From: Campylobacterota bacterium
Lineage (GTDB): Bacteria; Campylobacterota; Campylobacteria; Campylobacterales; Sulfurimonadaceae
DNA: 41,602 nucleotides
NCBI GenBank assembly: GCA_034717855.1
Contig: JAYEMB010000078.1
Span: forward strand, 1-41,602
Direction of reading: 5' to 3'
The notes below the pieces were generated by a model. It searched no databases. It was not told the DNA's origin and worked only from the letters and a program-made list of their open reading frames with translations. The position numbers and the translations under genes are program-made. Positions 9,289 to 19,842 of this stretch are shown here, in pieces. The stretch's first letter is position 1; every line of letters begins with the position of its first letter.

Positions 9289-10486
9289 TCAAATCTCCAA
9301 ATCTTATCTCTAAAGCACTCTCTAAGCGCTCTACTATTTTTGACATTTTAGCACGAGAGAGAGCAAAATTCAAACGCATAAAGCCACTCCCCTCTTTTGA
9401 AAAGCTAATACCTGCGTTTAATCCCAGTTTCGCCTCTTTTACAAAAAACTCCCTGAGTTCTTTATCTCTTAAACCCATCCCTTTGCAATCTAACCAAGCA
9501 AGGTATGTAGCCTCAATCGGTGTCACTTTAATAAACTTAGAGTATCTCTTACATAACTCATCTAACATTTTATAGTTACCCTCTAAGTGAGATTTCAAAT
9601 CCTCCAACCAAGCTTTTCCATTTCTGTAAGCACTCTCAAAAGCCACATGAGACAGAACACTCCCCTCAGCAAAATGAACTCTCTGATAAACTTTTAAAAA
9701 TCTATCTCTCAAATCTTTGTTTGAAATAGCGATACTGCTCATCGCAAAACCAGCCATATTAAATGTCTTACCAACTCCAATAGCTGTGACAGTAATATCT
9801 CTAGCTTCATCACTCAGAGATGCAAAGGGAATATGTCTGTTTGGTTTATAGACTAAATCTGAGTGTATCTCATCTGAAAAGACCACTATCTTATTTTCAA
9901 GACACACTTTTAAAATCTCTTCAAGTTCCTCTCTTTTCCAAACGCGACCAACAGGATTATGTGGTGAACACAGAAGCAGTAGTTTTGTATCCTTATCTAT
10001 CTTTGATTTTAAATCTTCTATGTCAAAAGTGTAACTTCCATCAGCTCTTTGCTTGAGTGGATTTTTTAAGAGCTTGCGTTTAGCATGTGAAACACTATGA
10101 AAAAATGGCGGATAAACTGGAGTTTGCACTATAACTTTATCGCCTACTTCACTAAACGCAGAGATAGCTACACTCATACTCGCCACAACAGAGTGAGAGT
10201 AGAGCATATCTTCAAGCTCAAAAACTACACCATGCTCCTCTTTCATCCACTCTATTTGCGCTTCAAACGCAGACTTTGGTACCTCTTCATAACCTAAAAT
10301 AGGATGCTTCAGTCTCTCACTCACTGCGTTTAATACAAAGTCAGGAGTATCGATATCCATATCTGCAACCCAAACGGGCTCTACATCTTCAGTTCCAAAA
10401 AGCTTCTCTCTGAGAGTGTATTTCTCTGCATTTGTATCTTCTCTGCAAGTAGAAGTAGAAAAGTCGTAACTTACTTTTTTTTCCAT
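9275..10486 (-). CDS. PLP-dependent C-S lyase, MalY/PatB family (candidate ovothiol lyase)
   Basis: WVADMD, PVYPPF, LCSPHNPVGRVW, SDEIHSDL, KTFNMAG, EATYLAWLD, GFMRLNFA. Overlaps the ovoA end by 16 bp. Confidence 0.92.
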   Translation of the reverse strand: MEKKVSYDFSTSTCREDTNAEKYTLREKLFGTEDVEPVWVADMDIDTPDFVLNAVSERLKHPILGYEEVPKSAFEAQIEWMKEEHGVVFELEDMLYSHSVVASMSVAISAFSEVGDKVIVQTPVYPPFFHSVSHAKRKLLKNPLKQRADGSYTFDIEDLKSKIDKDTKLLLLCSPHNPVGRVWKREELEEILKVCLENKIVVFSDEIHSDLVYKPNRHIPFASLSDEARDITVTAIGVGKTFNMAGFAMSSIAISNKDLRDRFLKVYQRVHFAEGSVLSHVAFESAYRNGKAWLEDLKSHLEGNYKMLDELCKRYSKFIKVTPIEATYLAWLDCKGMGLRDKELREFFVKEAKLGLNAGISFSKEGSGFMRLNFALSRAKMSKIVERLESALEIRFGDLNDTN

Positions 10487-12585
10487 ACACTCACCTGTGA
10501 AATAGTATGCTGATACTTTCTTGCCGTCTCTTTGATGACAAACTCTAAATCTTGCAGATGAATAAGTTCAAACTTCTCCTCTAAAACAGCTTTCAGACTA
10601 TCTATCGTTTTTATCTCTTCGCCATTCTCATCCACTTTTCCACCGAGCCAAAACTCTTTTTTAGTTGAGCTCTCCTGCCAAGTATATGGAGAAGTGATAA
10701 CTAAAACGCCATCTCTATTTAAACGCTCATCTATCGTGTCTAAAAAGAGTCTTGGATTATAGAGTCTATCTATGAGATTAGTAGCCATAACGAGGTCATA
10801 TCCAGTGAAGTTTGGTTTCATGTTACAAGCATCACCCTGCCAAAAAGAGACCTTCTCTTTGAGGGAGTCATATCCAAGTTCCTTTATAGTTACTTTTTTC
10901 TTAGCAACTAAATCACCCTCCTCTTTTGAACTGAACGCAACATAACCGTCATCCTTAAGTTTTGAACCAACTTGAACAAAACGAACTGAAAAATCAATCC
11001 CCTCCACCTCATCAAAACTCTTTGCCAACTCATAAGTTGCACGTCCTGTAGCGCAGCCTAAATCGAGTGCCTTTGTTCTGTTTTTAGTAAATTTAGAAGC
11101 TATTTTTGCGCACTCAACTGCAAAGTTTTTTACTCCAAAATTCTCATCTCCATACTGAAATTCACAGTACTGTGAAACTAACTCATCGCTCTCATATATA
11201 TCTTGCAATTCTCTATCCTTTGTATTTGTAACTACATATCTAAAACCTGCGTTTTGAAAGAAGTGTTTTCTAAACGCATATCGTGAATGTTTCATAATAA
11301 GATTTCCGCTGCTCGCCCAAGATGAGCCTAGAATCATAGCGTGTTTCTCATCAAATGTCGGTGTTGAGAAGTCATCATAAGCTGGATGCACTTTAAAACC
11401 TTCAAAGCCCCTTATTGGAGTTCTACTCCACTGCCAAACATTGCCAACAACATCATAGATAGCTTTTCCATTTTCTGTCATAAAACTAAACTCATCCACA
11501 GGGCATGAACTAGCATAATGATAAAAATTCAAATTGGCACTACTCTCATGAAAATTTGGTATATCTTCCAAACCTGTCTCATTATAGATAGCTCTATACT
11601 CAGCCTCGCTTGGAAGCTGGTACGTCACACCCTCTTTTTCACTTTTATATCTACAGAATGCTTCTGCTTCTAAGGCATTTACATCTACTGGCCAGTTGAG
11701 TGGCATATCTATAATAGATGTAAGTGTTCTGTATCTATAGCTGCCATTGTCCTCAACCCAAAAAACCGGATGAGTTGCTCCACTTACTTCTAAAAATTTT
11801 CTCCCCTCTTCATCCCAATAGTTTTCATTTTCATAAGCACCAGCTTTTACAAACTCCATATATTCGCCGTTACTTACTAAGAACTTTGATACTTCAAAGC
11901 GCTCAACACTCTCTATGTAACTCCCATACTCATTATCCCAACCATAAAGATTGTGACTCTTCTCTTTACCTAGTTCAATCTTTACTGCGTTTATATCTAC
12001 TAAAGAGTTTTGCTGTGCATCTCCACTTATATTACAGAGATTAAACGCCTCTGCGTTTTGCACAAGCTCAATCGGCATCTGTCTATGTAGTACTAAAGAT
12101 GTTTCTATATGTATTCTCTCATGTTCAATCCCCATTAGGATAACCCACATAGCCGAGTCATCTTTTAAAGGTAAAGAGAGTGGCAGAGTTGAGATAAGTT
12201 CATCTACTAACTCTTTGACTTTTCCTCTATAGGCACGGACTTCATCCACTTTAGGCCAAGTATAGTTTGAGCCATCCATATCATCCCAAGACATCTCATC
12301 AACACCAACTGCGAAAATGGACTCAAAATTTGGATTTATACGCTCTTGAATTATCTTCATATTTATAAGTTTATTTATAAAAAATGTTGCGGTGTGTCCG
12401 AAGTAGAAAATCATCGGATGGCGTGTTGCTTCAGATTTTTCATAAAAAACATCATCACTCTTTAAAACTTCAAAAACTTTTTCAAAAAGCTCATAAGTGT
12501 TATGAAAGTACTCTCTTATCTCTTTGCGTTTCTCATCAACACTCGAGCCTTCAAGTGTTACAGGGTATCTACTTACTCTACTCAA
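10471..12585 (-). CDS. ovoA: 5-histidylcysteine sulfoxide synthase / methyltransferase (ovothiol biosynthesis)
   Basis: RHPMIFYFGHTA, GVDEMSWDD, iron motif HERIHIE (HX3HXE), FGE-sulfatase domain (GNVWQW, RYAFRKHFFQNAGFRY), C-terminal SAM-MTase (LDLGCATGR, QGDACN, NLIDRL). Confidence 0.95.
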   Translation of the reverse strand: MSRVSRYPVTLEGSSVDEKRKEIREYFHNTYELFEKVFEVLKSDDVFYEKSEATRHPMIFYFGHTATFFINKLINMKIIQERINPNFESIFAVGVDEMSWDDMDGSNYTWPKVDEVRAYRGKVKELVDELISTLPLSLPLKDDSAMWVILMGIEHERIHIETSLVLHRQMPIELVQNAEAFNLCNISGDAQQNSLVDINAVKIELGKEKSHNLYGWDNEYGSYIESVERFEVSKFLVSNGEYMEFVKAGAYENENYWDEEGRKFLEVSGATHPVFWVEDNGSYRYRTLTSIIDMPLNWPVDVNALEAEAFCRYKSEKEGVTYQLPSEAEYRAIYNETGLEDIPNFHESSANLNFYHYASSCPVDEFSFMTENGKAIYDVVGNVWQWSRTPIRGFEGFKVHPAYDDFSTPTFDEKHAMILGSSWASSGNLIMKHSRYAFRKHFFQNAGFRYVVTNTKDRELQDIYESDELVSQYCEFQYGDENFGVKNFAVECAKIASKFTKNRTKALDLGCATGRATYELAKSFDEVEGIDFSVRFVQVGSKLKDDGYVAFSSKEEGDLVAKKKVTIKELGYDSLKEKVSFWQGDACNMKPNFTGYDLVMATNLIDRLYNPRLFLDTIDERLNRDGVLVITSPYTWQESSTKKEFWLGGKVDENGEEIKTIDSLKAVLEEKFELIHLQDLEFVIKETARKYQHTISQVSVWKKK

Positions 12586-12616
12586 ATATGACCTTTTAAT
12601 TTGTTATAATCATTAT

Positions 12617-13369
12617 ATGAAAATTTATCAAACAGATTTATTAAATAGCTTTGCCAATCTCACACATGCCTTTACTACTAAGGATGGTGGCGTCAGCAGA
12701 AAACCTTTTGACTCTTTGAACCTTGCGTTTCATGTAGGGGACGATATAGATGATGTTGAAAAAAACCATCTTCTTCTAGCTAAAAAACTAAACTATACAA
12801 AAGATAAATTAGTTCACATGAAACAGATTCACTCAGACATAGTACACCTCATAAACGCAGAGGACAACTTTACTAATCCCCCAACTTGTGATGCTCTTAT
12901 AACAGACAGACCAAACACTCCTCTTATGGTTATGGTGGCGGACTGCTCTGCAATACTTTTTTATGATGATACACAAAAGGTTATAGCTGTTGCTCATGCA
13001 GGACGTCAGGGCGCTTTTAAAAACATAGTGAAAAATGTTATTAACTCTTTTGAAAAAGATTTTAACTCATTAACAGATGATATACATGTAGTTATTGGTG
13101 CTAGTATAGGTGAGTGTTGCTATGAGGTTGGAGCTGAAATATATAAAGAAGCTCAAGAGTTAGAACTTGAATATGCAATGATAAAAAAAGAGAGTGCTTA
13201 CTACTTAGATGTGAGTAAAATACTCCAAACGCAACTGCTTGAGTCTGGAGTTAAAAAAGAGCACATAGAGATATCAAAAGAGTGTACCTGCTGTAAAAAT
13301 GAGGAGTATTTCTCATATAGGGCAGATGGTAAAACTGGTAGGTTTTGTGGAGTTATAGAACTAAAGTAG
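12617..13369 (+). CDS. pgeF: Purine nucleoside phosphorylase / peptidoglycan editing factor (YfiH/PgeF)
   Basis: SLNLAFHVGD, QIHS, DALIT, ADC, HAGRQG, CYEVG, FSYR...GR. Start at ATG 12617 (ORF-track start overlaps ovoA). Confidence 0.93.
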   Translation: MKIYQTDLLNSFANLTHAFTTKDGGVSRKPFDSLNLAFHVGDDIDDVEKNHLLLAKKLNYTKDKLVHMKQIHSDIVHLINAEDNFTNPPTCDALITDRPNTPLMVMVADCSAILFYDDTQKVIAVAHAGRQGAFKNIVKNVINSFEKDFNSLTDDIHVVIGASIGECCYEVGAEIYKEAQELELEYAMIKKESAYYLDVSKILQTQLLESGVKKEHIEISKECTCCKNEEYFSYRADGKTGRFCGVIELK

Positions 13370-15181
13370 TCCTTTAACCTTCAGAGCTAACTGCTCTGGT
13401 AGAAGTCCAAGTGACTCCTCTACAAGTTTTGTATTTCCGTGTGTTATGAACTCATCACTGTACTCAAAACTAGTGACTTCGATATCAGTTATCTTATCAT
13501 CCGCTAAAAACTCTGAGATAGCAGAAGCAACTCCACCCATTTTGGCACTATCTGAAAACACAAACCATTTTTTATGTTTGGCTGCCATATTACGAAGCAT
13601 CTCTTTATCCAAGGGTTTTACAAAACGCAGGTCTAAAATACTTACATCTTCTTGCATAAATTTCGCTGTCTCATAAGCACGACCAACACCATTTCCGTAA
13701 CCTATAAAGAGTATGTCGCTCTCACTAGAGTGTAAAAGTTGAGACTTTGCCAGCTCAAACGCAGTTGCTTCAGGCAGATCAGTCTCAGTAAATGAACCTC
13801 TTGGGTATCTGAGTGAACACGGATGCTCATACTCTGCAGCGAAGGCCATAGCCTGATGAAATGATTTTTCATCACGAGGTGCAAAAAGCGTCATATTTGG
13901 AACTGCTCTTAAAAAAGAGATATCAAAAACACCCTGATGCGTTTCACCATCTTCACCAACAATTCCAGCACGGTCAAGTGCAAACACAACCGGCAGATCC
14001 ATCAAACAAGTATCATGAATAACCTGATCATATCCACGCTGCAAAAATGTCGAGTAGATTGTACAAAAAGGTTTAAAACCCTCTTTTGCTAAAGCGGCCA
14101 TTGATGTTACTGCATGCTGTTCTGCAATAGCTACATCCCAAAATCTATCCGGATATATCTCCATAAGTTCACTCAGTCCCGTACCACTTGGCATGGCAGC
14201 TGTAGCACCGACTATCTTTTCATCATTTTTTGCCAAGTGCATAAGAGACTCTGTATAAATCTGCGTTGCACTCTTTGCTGAACTTTTTTTAGAACTATTT
14301 CCATTGCTTAAATCAAAAGGACCGACACCATGCCATTTTTCCTCTTTACCCTCAGCGATATCATAACCCTTACCTTTGAGTGTTTGTGCATGAATTATAA
14401 CTGGTTGACCCATCTTTTTCGCAGTCTCAAATATCTCTATTAATTGAACCAAGTTATGACCATCAACAGGACCAATATAATTTATTCCCATCTCTTCAAA
14501 TAAAATACCGGGAGTTATAAGCTTTAGCCCCTCTTCCATGCGTTTTGCAATATAGTGAGCACCATCGCCAAAGTTATCTACAAAGCTCTCAGTTGTCTTT
14601 TTAAATCTCTGATAAAATGGAGACGCCATAGCGGAACTCAACATTCTGCTTACTGCACCGATAGGTTTAGCTATGCTCATCTCGTTGTCATTAAGTATAA
14701 TAACCATCGGGTATTTTCTATCACCGAGTTCATTGAGTGCTTCGTAAACCATTCCTGCTGTCATTGAGCCATCACCAATCATTACAACCGGTACTCGACT
14801 CTCCTGCTCACCTTTAAGTGCTATCGCTTTTGCAGCTCCAACACCTAAAGATATAGAAGTTGAGCTATGTCCTGCTACAAAGTAATCATCATCACTTTCA
14901 CTCGGTTTTGTGTAGCCACACATTCCATTAAACTGACGAAGTGAATCAAACTTATCCCAATCTTGAGTCAGCAGTTTATGCGCATATGACTGATGAGAAA
15001 CATCAAAAATAAATGGGTCTTCTTTAGAATCAAACACCTTATGCATCGCCACAATTAGCTCTGTCGCACCAAGTGTTGAACTCAGATGTCCACCATTTTT
15101 ACTTACCACTCTTAGAATTTCTTCTCTTATATCACCACAAAGAGTTTCTAACTCTTCTATCGATTTTGACTTAATATTCAT
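13361..15181 (-). CDS. dxs: 1-deoxy-D-xylulose-5-phosphate synthase
   Basis: GGHLSSTLG, DVSHQSYAHKLLT, GHSSTSIS, GDGSMT..M..EALN, DRAGIVGEDGETHQG. Confidence 0.98.
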   Translation of the reverse strand: MNIKSKSIEELETLCGDIREEILRVVSKNGGHLSSTLGATELIVAMHKVFDSKEDPFIFDVSHQSYAHKLLTQDWDKFDSLRQFNGMCGYTKPSESDDDYFVAGHSSTSISLGVGAAKAIALKGEQESRVPVVMIGDGSMTAGMVYEALNELGDRKYPMVIILNDNEMSIAKPIGAVSRMLSSAMASPFYQRFKKTTESFVDNFGDGAHYIAKRMEEGLKLITPGILFEEMGINYIGPVDGHNLVQLIEIFETAKKMGQPVIIHAQTLKGKGYDIAEGKEEKWHGVGPFDLSNGNSSKKSSAKSATQIYTESLMHLAKNDEKIVGATAAMPSGTGLSELMEIYPDRFWDVAIAEQHAVTSMAALAKEGFKPFCTIYSTFLQRGYDQVIHDTCLMDLPVVFALDRAGIVGEDGETHQGVFDISFLRAVPNMTLFAPRDEKSFHQAMAFAAEYEHPCSLRYPRGSFTETDLPEATAFELAKSQLLHSSESDILFIGYGNGVGRAYETAKFMQEDVSILDLRFVKPLDKEMLRNMAAKHKKWFVFSDSAKMGGVASAISEFLADDKITDIEVTSFEYSDEFITHGNTKLVEESLGLLPEQLALKVKGLL

Positions 15182-15188
15182 TTATACT

Positions 15189-15980
15189 CTATTCACTTAA
15201 AACAGCTTTTTTAACTCTCTCGAATCTTTTTGAAATTTCTGCGTCTATGTTTCCAGCATCGCTAATTGCGATAACTCCACCTTGACTAATTGCACTATCT
15301 GAAACAACTTCTACATTCTCTAATGAACCTGTTTCCTCAGATAATACTCCATGATCTTTAGGGTTAACTTTGAGCGTAACCCTAGATGCACTCTGTAACT
15401 CTTTTATAAGCTCTAGTGCTAAGTTTTTTGCAACTTCTGCAGAGTTTACATTTAGTTCAACATCTACAACCTCTTTGGCTATATCTAAGGCTGCTGTTAC
15501 TAGCTCCTCTTTTACACTATCTAGGGCATTTTTAAACTCTTGTGAGTTATTCTCTAGTTTTTTTACTGATGATGCATACTGTTTTATCGCATCACCAATA
15601 TCAACATCACCATCTTCAATCGCCTTTGCTTTTCCAGCCTGCATACCTTCATTAAAAGCCTCTTCTTTTGCTTTTTCTAAACCTAGCTTATACTCTTCTT
15701 CTTTAGCTTCTAGTTTCATCTGCAGTTTGATAAAGTTCGATGACATATCATCAGTCTTTTTCATTAGAGATTCTATAAGTGACTCTTTAGAACTTGTACT
15801 TAATTCACTCGAGTCAATATCACTCTCTCTTGCTTTTGGATTATCCTCTTTTGTGTAGGCTGGTACTAAGTTTGACTTAACTTCATCATCACCCTCTTTG
15901 GAACCTAAGGCGATTATTTTAAAGTTATACTTATCCACACTATGCATTGCAACGGATTCGTTTGATATTACTGTTGCCAT
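15189..15980 (-). CDS. fliH: Flagellar assembly protein FliH
   Basis: AxxxG(xxxG) repeat, VNPKD, GG.......GNIDA; downstream of fliF-fliG. Confidence 0.93.
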   Translation of the reverse strand: MATVISNESVAMHSVDKYNFKIIALGSKEGDDEVKSNLVPAYTKEDNPKARESDIDSSELSTSSKESLIESLMKKTDDMSSNFIKLQMKLEAKEEEYKLGLEKAKEEAFNEGMQAGKAKAIEDGDVDIGDAIKQYASSVKKLENNSQEFKNALDSVKEELVTAALDIAKEVVDVELNVNSAEVAKNLALELIKELQSASRVTLKVNPKDHGVLSEETGSLENVEVVSDSAISQGGVIAISDAGNIDAEISKRFERVKKAVLSE

Positions 15981-15982
15981 AA

Positions 15983-17011
15983 CTACTCAATCATCTCTTC
16001 AGTTGAACCCATCTGAATAGTTCCAGATTCAGCTAGAGCATTTACAGATTCAACAATTTTTCTCTGCGCTGCTTCAACATCTTTCATCTTCACTGCACCA
16101 AGGAACTGCATCTCCTCTTCAAATGCCTCACGGGCTCTCTCACTCATCGCAGAGAAGAACTTCTCTTTAAGCTCTTCTGGTGAAGATTTCAGTGCCAGCA
16201 TAAGTTCAGCTTTATCTGCAGCTTTTAAAACCTCAGTAATTGCGTTTCTATCAAGGGATACCATATCTTCAAAGGTAAACATCATATCTTTAATCAGAGT
16301 TGCTAACTCTTCATCTACCTGCTCGATTGTTGCAAGTGTAGATTTAGAAGATTTCGCACCAAGACGGTTAAAGATATCTGCAACGGCACGTGTCCCACCA
16401 ACTTCAACTTTGTATGAAGCAAGAGACTCTAGTTTCGATTCAAGTACAGCTGAAACTCTTTTAATAACCGACGGAGATATATCTCCCAGTTTGGCCATTC
16501 TCATCGCAACTTCACTTCTTAAATCATCTGGGAAAAACTGTAGTGTATCTGCAGCTTCAGTCGCATCCATATGAGCTAAGATGAGAGCAACAGTCTGTGG
16601 ATGCTCGTTTACAATAAAGTCTGAAAGCTGTTGTGGCTTAATCTTAGAGAGATATGCAAAGTTTTGAGTATTTTGCATACTTTTTGAGAGTTTATCTATA
16701 ACTTTCTTAGCCTCTTCTGGACCAAGTGTTCTATAAAGAAGCTCTCGTGCATACTCCATACCACCCGAAGTCATATATTGACCTGATTGAAATATAGCGT
16801 GAAACTCTTCTAGAACTGCAGTAGCAAGAGATCTGTCAATAGTTGAGTTAGTAGCGATATATTTTGAAACCTCAGTGATTGACTCTACATTCATATTAGA
16901 AAAAACGGCAGATGTAGCTTCCTCTCCAAGTTGAAGTAGAAGTACCGCAATCTTTTCACCTATTGCCATCTCATCAAATATCGCTTGCTGTTGTTGGTTT
17001 AAATTTGCCAT
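15983..17011 (-). CDS. fliG: Flagellar motor switch protein FliG
   Basis: EHPQTVALIL, GG...VA.I.N, MFTFED, MSERA, GAVKMKDVE.AQ. Confidence 0.98.
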   Translation of the reverse strand: MANLNQQQQAIFDEMAIGEKIAVLLLQLGEEATSAVFSNMNVESITEVSKYIATNSTIDRSLATAVLEEFHAIFQSGQYMTSGGMEYARELLYRTLGPEEAKKVIDKLSKSMQNTQNFAYLSKIKPQQLSDFIVNEHPQTVALILAHMDATEAADTLQFFPDDLRSEVAMRMAKLGDISPSVIKRVSAVLESKLESLASYKVEVGGTRAVADIFNRLGAKSSKSTLATIEQVDEELATLIKDMMFTFEDMVSLDRNAITEVLKAADKAELMLALKSSPEELKEKFFSAMSERAREAFEEEMQFLGAVKMKDVEAAQRKIVESVNALAESGTIQMGSTEEMIE

Positions 17012-17013
17012 CT

Positions 17014-18732
17014 TTAATCATTCCCTTTTGAAGATTGACCTACATTATCTGCATGTTCACTTAGGAGAGCTTGAAGTAGTGAAGCTATCTCTTCAGGAGA
17101 GTCTTCAGCCATTGTTTTTACTTTATCAAGTATAACTTCATATTTGAGCTCATCTTCATTGAAACCTTGACTCACACCAAGTTGGTCTTCAACTTTCTTA
17201 CGCATATCTTGAACTTTTTGTACTAAATCATCATCTTCATCATCATCAATATCTAAGACTGGAGCGGTAAGTTCTTCATCTTCTTTAGAGACTTCAAGCA
17301 TACGTTCTGCAAATGGAGTAATAACCTTTTTGTAAACGATAAAAAGAAGAATAAGCACAAAAATGTACTTAAAGAGGTCCGAAAAAGGTGCCAAATATGT
17401 CTCACTAAACGCAACTGCTTGACTTACACCATCAGAACCAGGGAGACTGTTGTCTCTTTTAAACTGTAGATTTACAACAGAGATCTCATCACCTCTATTT
17501 TTGTCAATTCCTATCGATTGACTTACAAGTGAGTTGAGGGCTAAAAGATCAGTCTCTTCTAGTGATTTATACTCTAACTCTTCACTCGGAGTCCCATCTT
17601 CTGCTAGTTTATATTTATATTTACCATCAACCATAACAGCCGCAGTAATTCTTTTTATACGAGCAAACTGACTCTTTGTTGTGGATACTGTTTTACCTAC
17701 CTCATAGTTTGTCGTACCGCTATTTTTTTCATACTTCTCACTAGTCTGATTACTTGCAAGTCCTTGAACCGGACCAATATTACTAACAGTACCTGGAACT
17801 CCACCGACAACTTCAGGAGAACCGCCTTCGCGTTTCTCTTCGCTAATCTGCTCACTTCTCACTACATTTTCAGGATCAAAAGTCTCACTTGTAGAGTTTT
17901 TTATAGAAAAATCATACTCAATTGTAACTTGTGCAACAACCTTGTCTTCACCACCAACAAAGGGTGATACAACTTGAACAATCTTCTTCTGTCTCTTTTT
18001 CTCTTCTCTATTTTTAAACTTCTGCTGAACAGATGAAAGCTCTCCCATCTGAGCCATCTCATTCTCATCACCAAGTGTTTCACCCTCTCCATCAATAAGC
18101 ATAACATCTGTTGACTTCATTTTTGGAACAGCTGCCGCAACAAGGTTCTTAATCCCTCTAACCTGCTTTGATGAAAGGTTTCTCCCCTCGACAAGTTGTA
18201 CCATTACTGATGCTGTTGGATCTACCTGCTTTGAGACGAAAAGTGTCTCTTTTGGAAGTGCTAAGCTGACCGATGCTGATTCAATTGGAGAGAGTGCGTT
18301 TATTGTACGAGAGAGTTCACCCTCTAGCGCACGAAGATGTTTTATCTTTTGGTCAAAACTTGTAGCTCCAAACTCTTGGTTATCAAAGAGTTCAAAACCT
18401 ACGCCATTATCTTTAGGAATTCCTAGTGAAGCTATGGAAATTCTCTGCTTATAAACTACATCTTTAGGAACTTTTATAACGTTATTTGCTTCTAACTTAT
18501 AGTCAATGTTCTCTTTTTCAAGTTGCTCAACAACTTTAGCAGCATCTGAAGAGCTTAGTGAGTCAAAGAGAACTTCATACTTATTTGGACCACTTTTCTC
18601 TGCGGTATATACGACTAAAAATAGTAAAAATGAGACTATACCTATAATAGCAGCTGCAATAATAATCTTCTGCTGCTTTGTCAGCTTCGCATAAAGAACA
18701 ACTAACTGTGAAAAAAGTACCTTAAAATCCAT
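17014..18732 (-). CDS. fliF: Flagellar MS-ring protein FliF
   Basis: GFELFD..FG.T.F, RALEGELSRTI, ASV..., NYEV, RGD.ISV; two TM segments. Confidence 0.98.
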   Translation of the reverse strand: MDFKVLFSQLVVLYAKLTKQQKIIIAAAIIGIVSFLLFLVVYTAEKSGPNKYEVLFDSLSSSDAAKVVEQLEKENIDYKLEANNVIKVPKDVVYKQRISIASLGIPKDNGVGFELFDNQEFGATSFDQKIKHLRALEGELSRTINALSPIESASVSLALPKETLFVSKQVDPTASVMVQLVEGRNLSSKQVRGIKNLVAAAVPKMKSTDVMLIDGEGETLGDENEMAQMGELSSVQQKFKNREEKKRQKKIVQVVSPFVGGEDKVVAQVTIEYDFSIKNSTSETFDPENVVRSEQISEEKREGGSPEVVGGVPGTVSNIGPVQGLASNQTSEKYEKNSGTTNYEVGKTVSTTKSQFARIKRITAAVMVDGKYKYKLAEDGTPSEELEYKSLEETDLLALNSLVSQSIGIDKNRGDEISVVNLQFKRDNSLPGSDGVSQAVAFSETYLAPFSDLFKYIFVLILLFIVYKKVITPFAERMLEVSKEDEELTAPVLDIDDDEDDDLVQKVQDMRKKVEDQLGVSQGFNEDELKYEVILDKVKTMAEDSPEEIASLLQALLSEHADNVGQSSKGND

Positions 18733-18747
18733 TAACTTCTCATTCTT

Positions 18748-19842
18748 TTATATTAATTTTTCCATCAGCTCAAAAAAACGGCTGTTTTGCGCTTTAGTTC
18801 CCACTGTAACTCTTAGTGCATTCATTCCATACCCACTCAAATCTCTAACGATCATCCCACTTTTAAGTAGGCGAAGCGCTAAATTTTTCGAGTTTTGGTT
18901 GGAATTTAGACACAATGTAACAAAGTTTGTATAGCTGTTTATTATATCTATTTTTTTTCTCTTTGCAAACTCTTCGTAACGTTTCATCTCATCAAAACAA
19001 TCTGCGATACTTTTATTTACAAATTCTTCGTCATCTAAGGCAACACTCGCCGCTTCAAGAGAGAGCGTTGTAATATTAAACGGAGGACGAAGTTTATACA
19101 ACTCTTTAATGATTTTAGCACTTGAGATACCATATCCCACTCTCATACCACCAAGTCCATAAGCCTTTGAAAAAGTTCCTAAATAGATAACATTTTCAAA
19201 CTTTTCTATTAGAGTTTTTGGCTCTACATTTTTAGCTCTATCTTTAAAAGCTGCATACTCCATGTAAGCACCATCAACGACAACTAAAGTATCACTGTCT
19301 ATCTTTTGGATAAACGCAAACATATCTTCTGCGTTTATCGCATCACCCGTTGGATTATTTGGCGTACATAAAAAGATGATATCAGGTTTTTCGCTCTTGT
19401 AAAGCTCATAAAACTCATCCAAATCATGCTCTTGGGATGCAGTTCTTATAATCTCTGCTCCCACGTGTTTAGCGTAAATCTCATACATCGCAAATGTTAC
19501 ACTGTTGATTAATATTTTAGAGTTTGAGTTCGCTTTTGCATGCATTAAAAACTCTATTACCTGATCACTTCCCGAACCAACAATCAAGTTCTCTTCTTTA
19601 ATTTCAAATCTCTTTTGCAAAGCATCTTTTAACTTCATCATTGAGTCATCCGGATAGAGAGCCATTTTTGAAACTATCTCGCTTACTGCGTTTTGTACTT
19701 TTGGCGAGCAACCGTGAGGGTTTTCATTTGATGCAAGTTTCACGATATCTTTTGGCTCAATCCCAAACTCACGAACTACCAACTCTATCGGTTTACCAGC
19801 TTCATAGGTTTTTATATCTTCTAGCTTTTTATTAAAATTCAA
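18748..19842 (-). CDS. hisC: Histidinol-phosphate aminotransferase
   Basis: [44 protein letters not shown]. Confidence 0.96.
   Translation of the reverse strand: MNFNKKLEDIKTYEAGKPIELVVREFGIEPKDIVKLASNENPHGCSPKVQNAVSEIVSKMALYPDDSMMKLKDALQKRFEIKEENLIVGSGSDQVIEFLMHAKANSNSKILINSVTFAMYEIYAKHVGAEIIRTASQEHDLDEFYELYKSEKPDIIFLCTPNNPTGDAINAEDMFAFIQKIDSDTLVVVDGAYMEYAAFKDRAKNVEPKTLIEKFENVIYLGTFSKAYGLGGMRVGYGISSAKIIKELYKLRPPFNITTLSLEAASVALDDEEFVNKSIADCFDEMKRYEEFAKRKKIDIINSYTNFVTLCLNSNQNSKNLALRLLKSGMIVRDLSGYGMNALRVTVGTKAQNSRFFELMEKLI

Noticed and set aside
12043-12058. Inverted motif pairs (AAACGCCTCTGCGTTT at 12043; AAACGCA...TGCGTTT at 29785-29808) as DUS-type terminators
   Set aside because: Both are mid-gene and include an imperfect copy, so they are plausible by chance at this motif density.
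10471-12585. Ergothioneine (EgtB) or selenometabolite (SenA/OvsA) cluster
   Set aside because: The protein has the OvoA C-terminal methyltransferase and OvoA-type motifs; no egtD, senB or selD-like neighbours are present.
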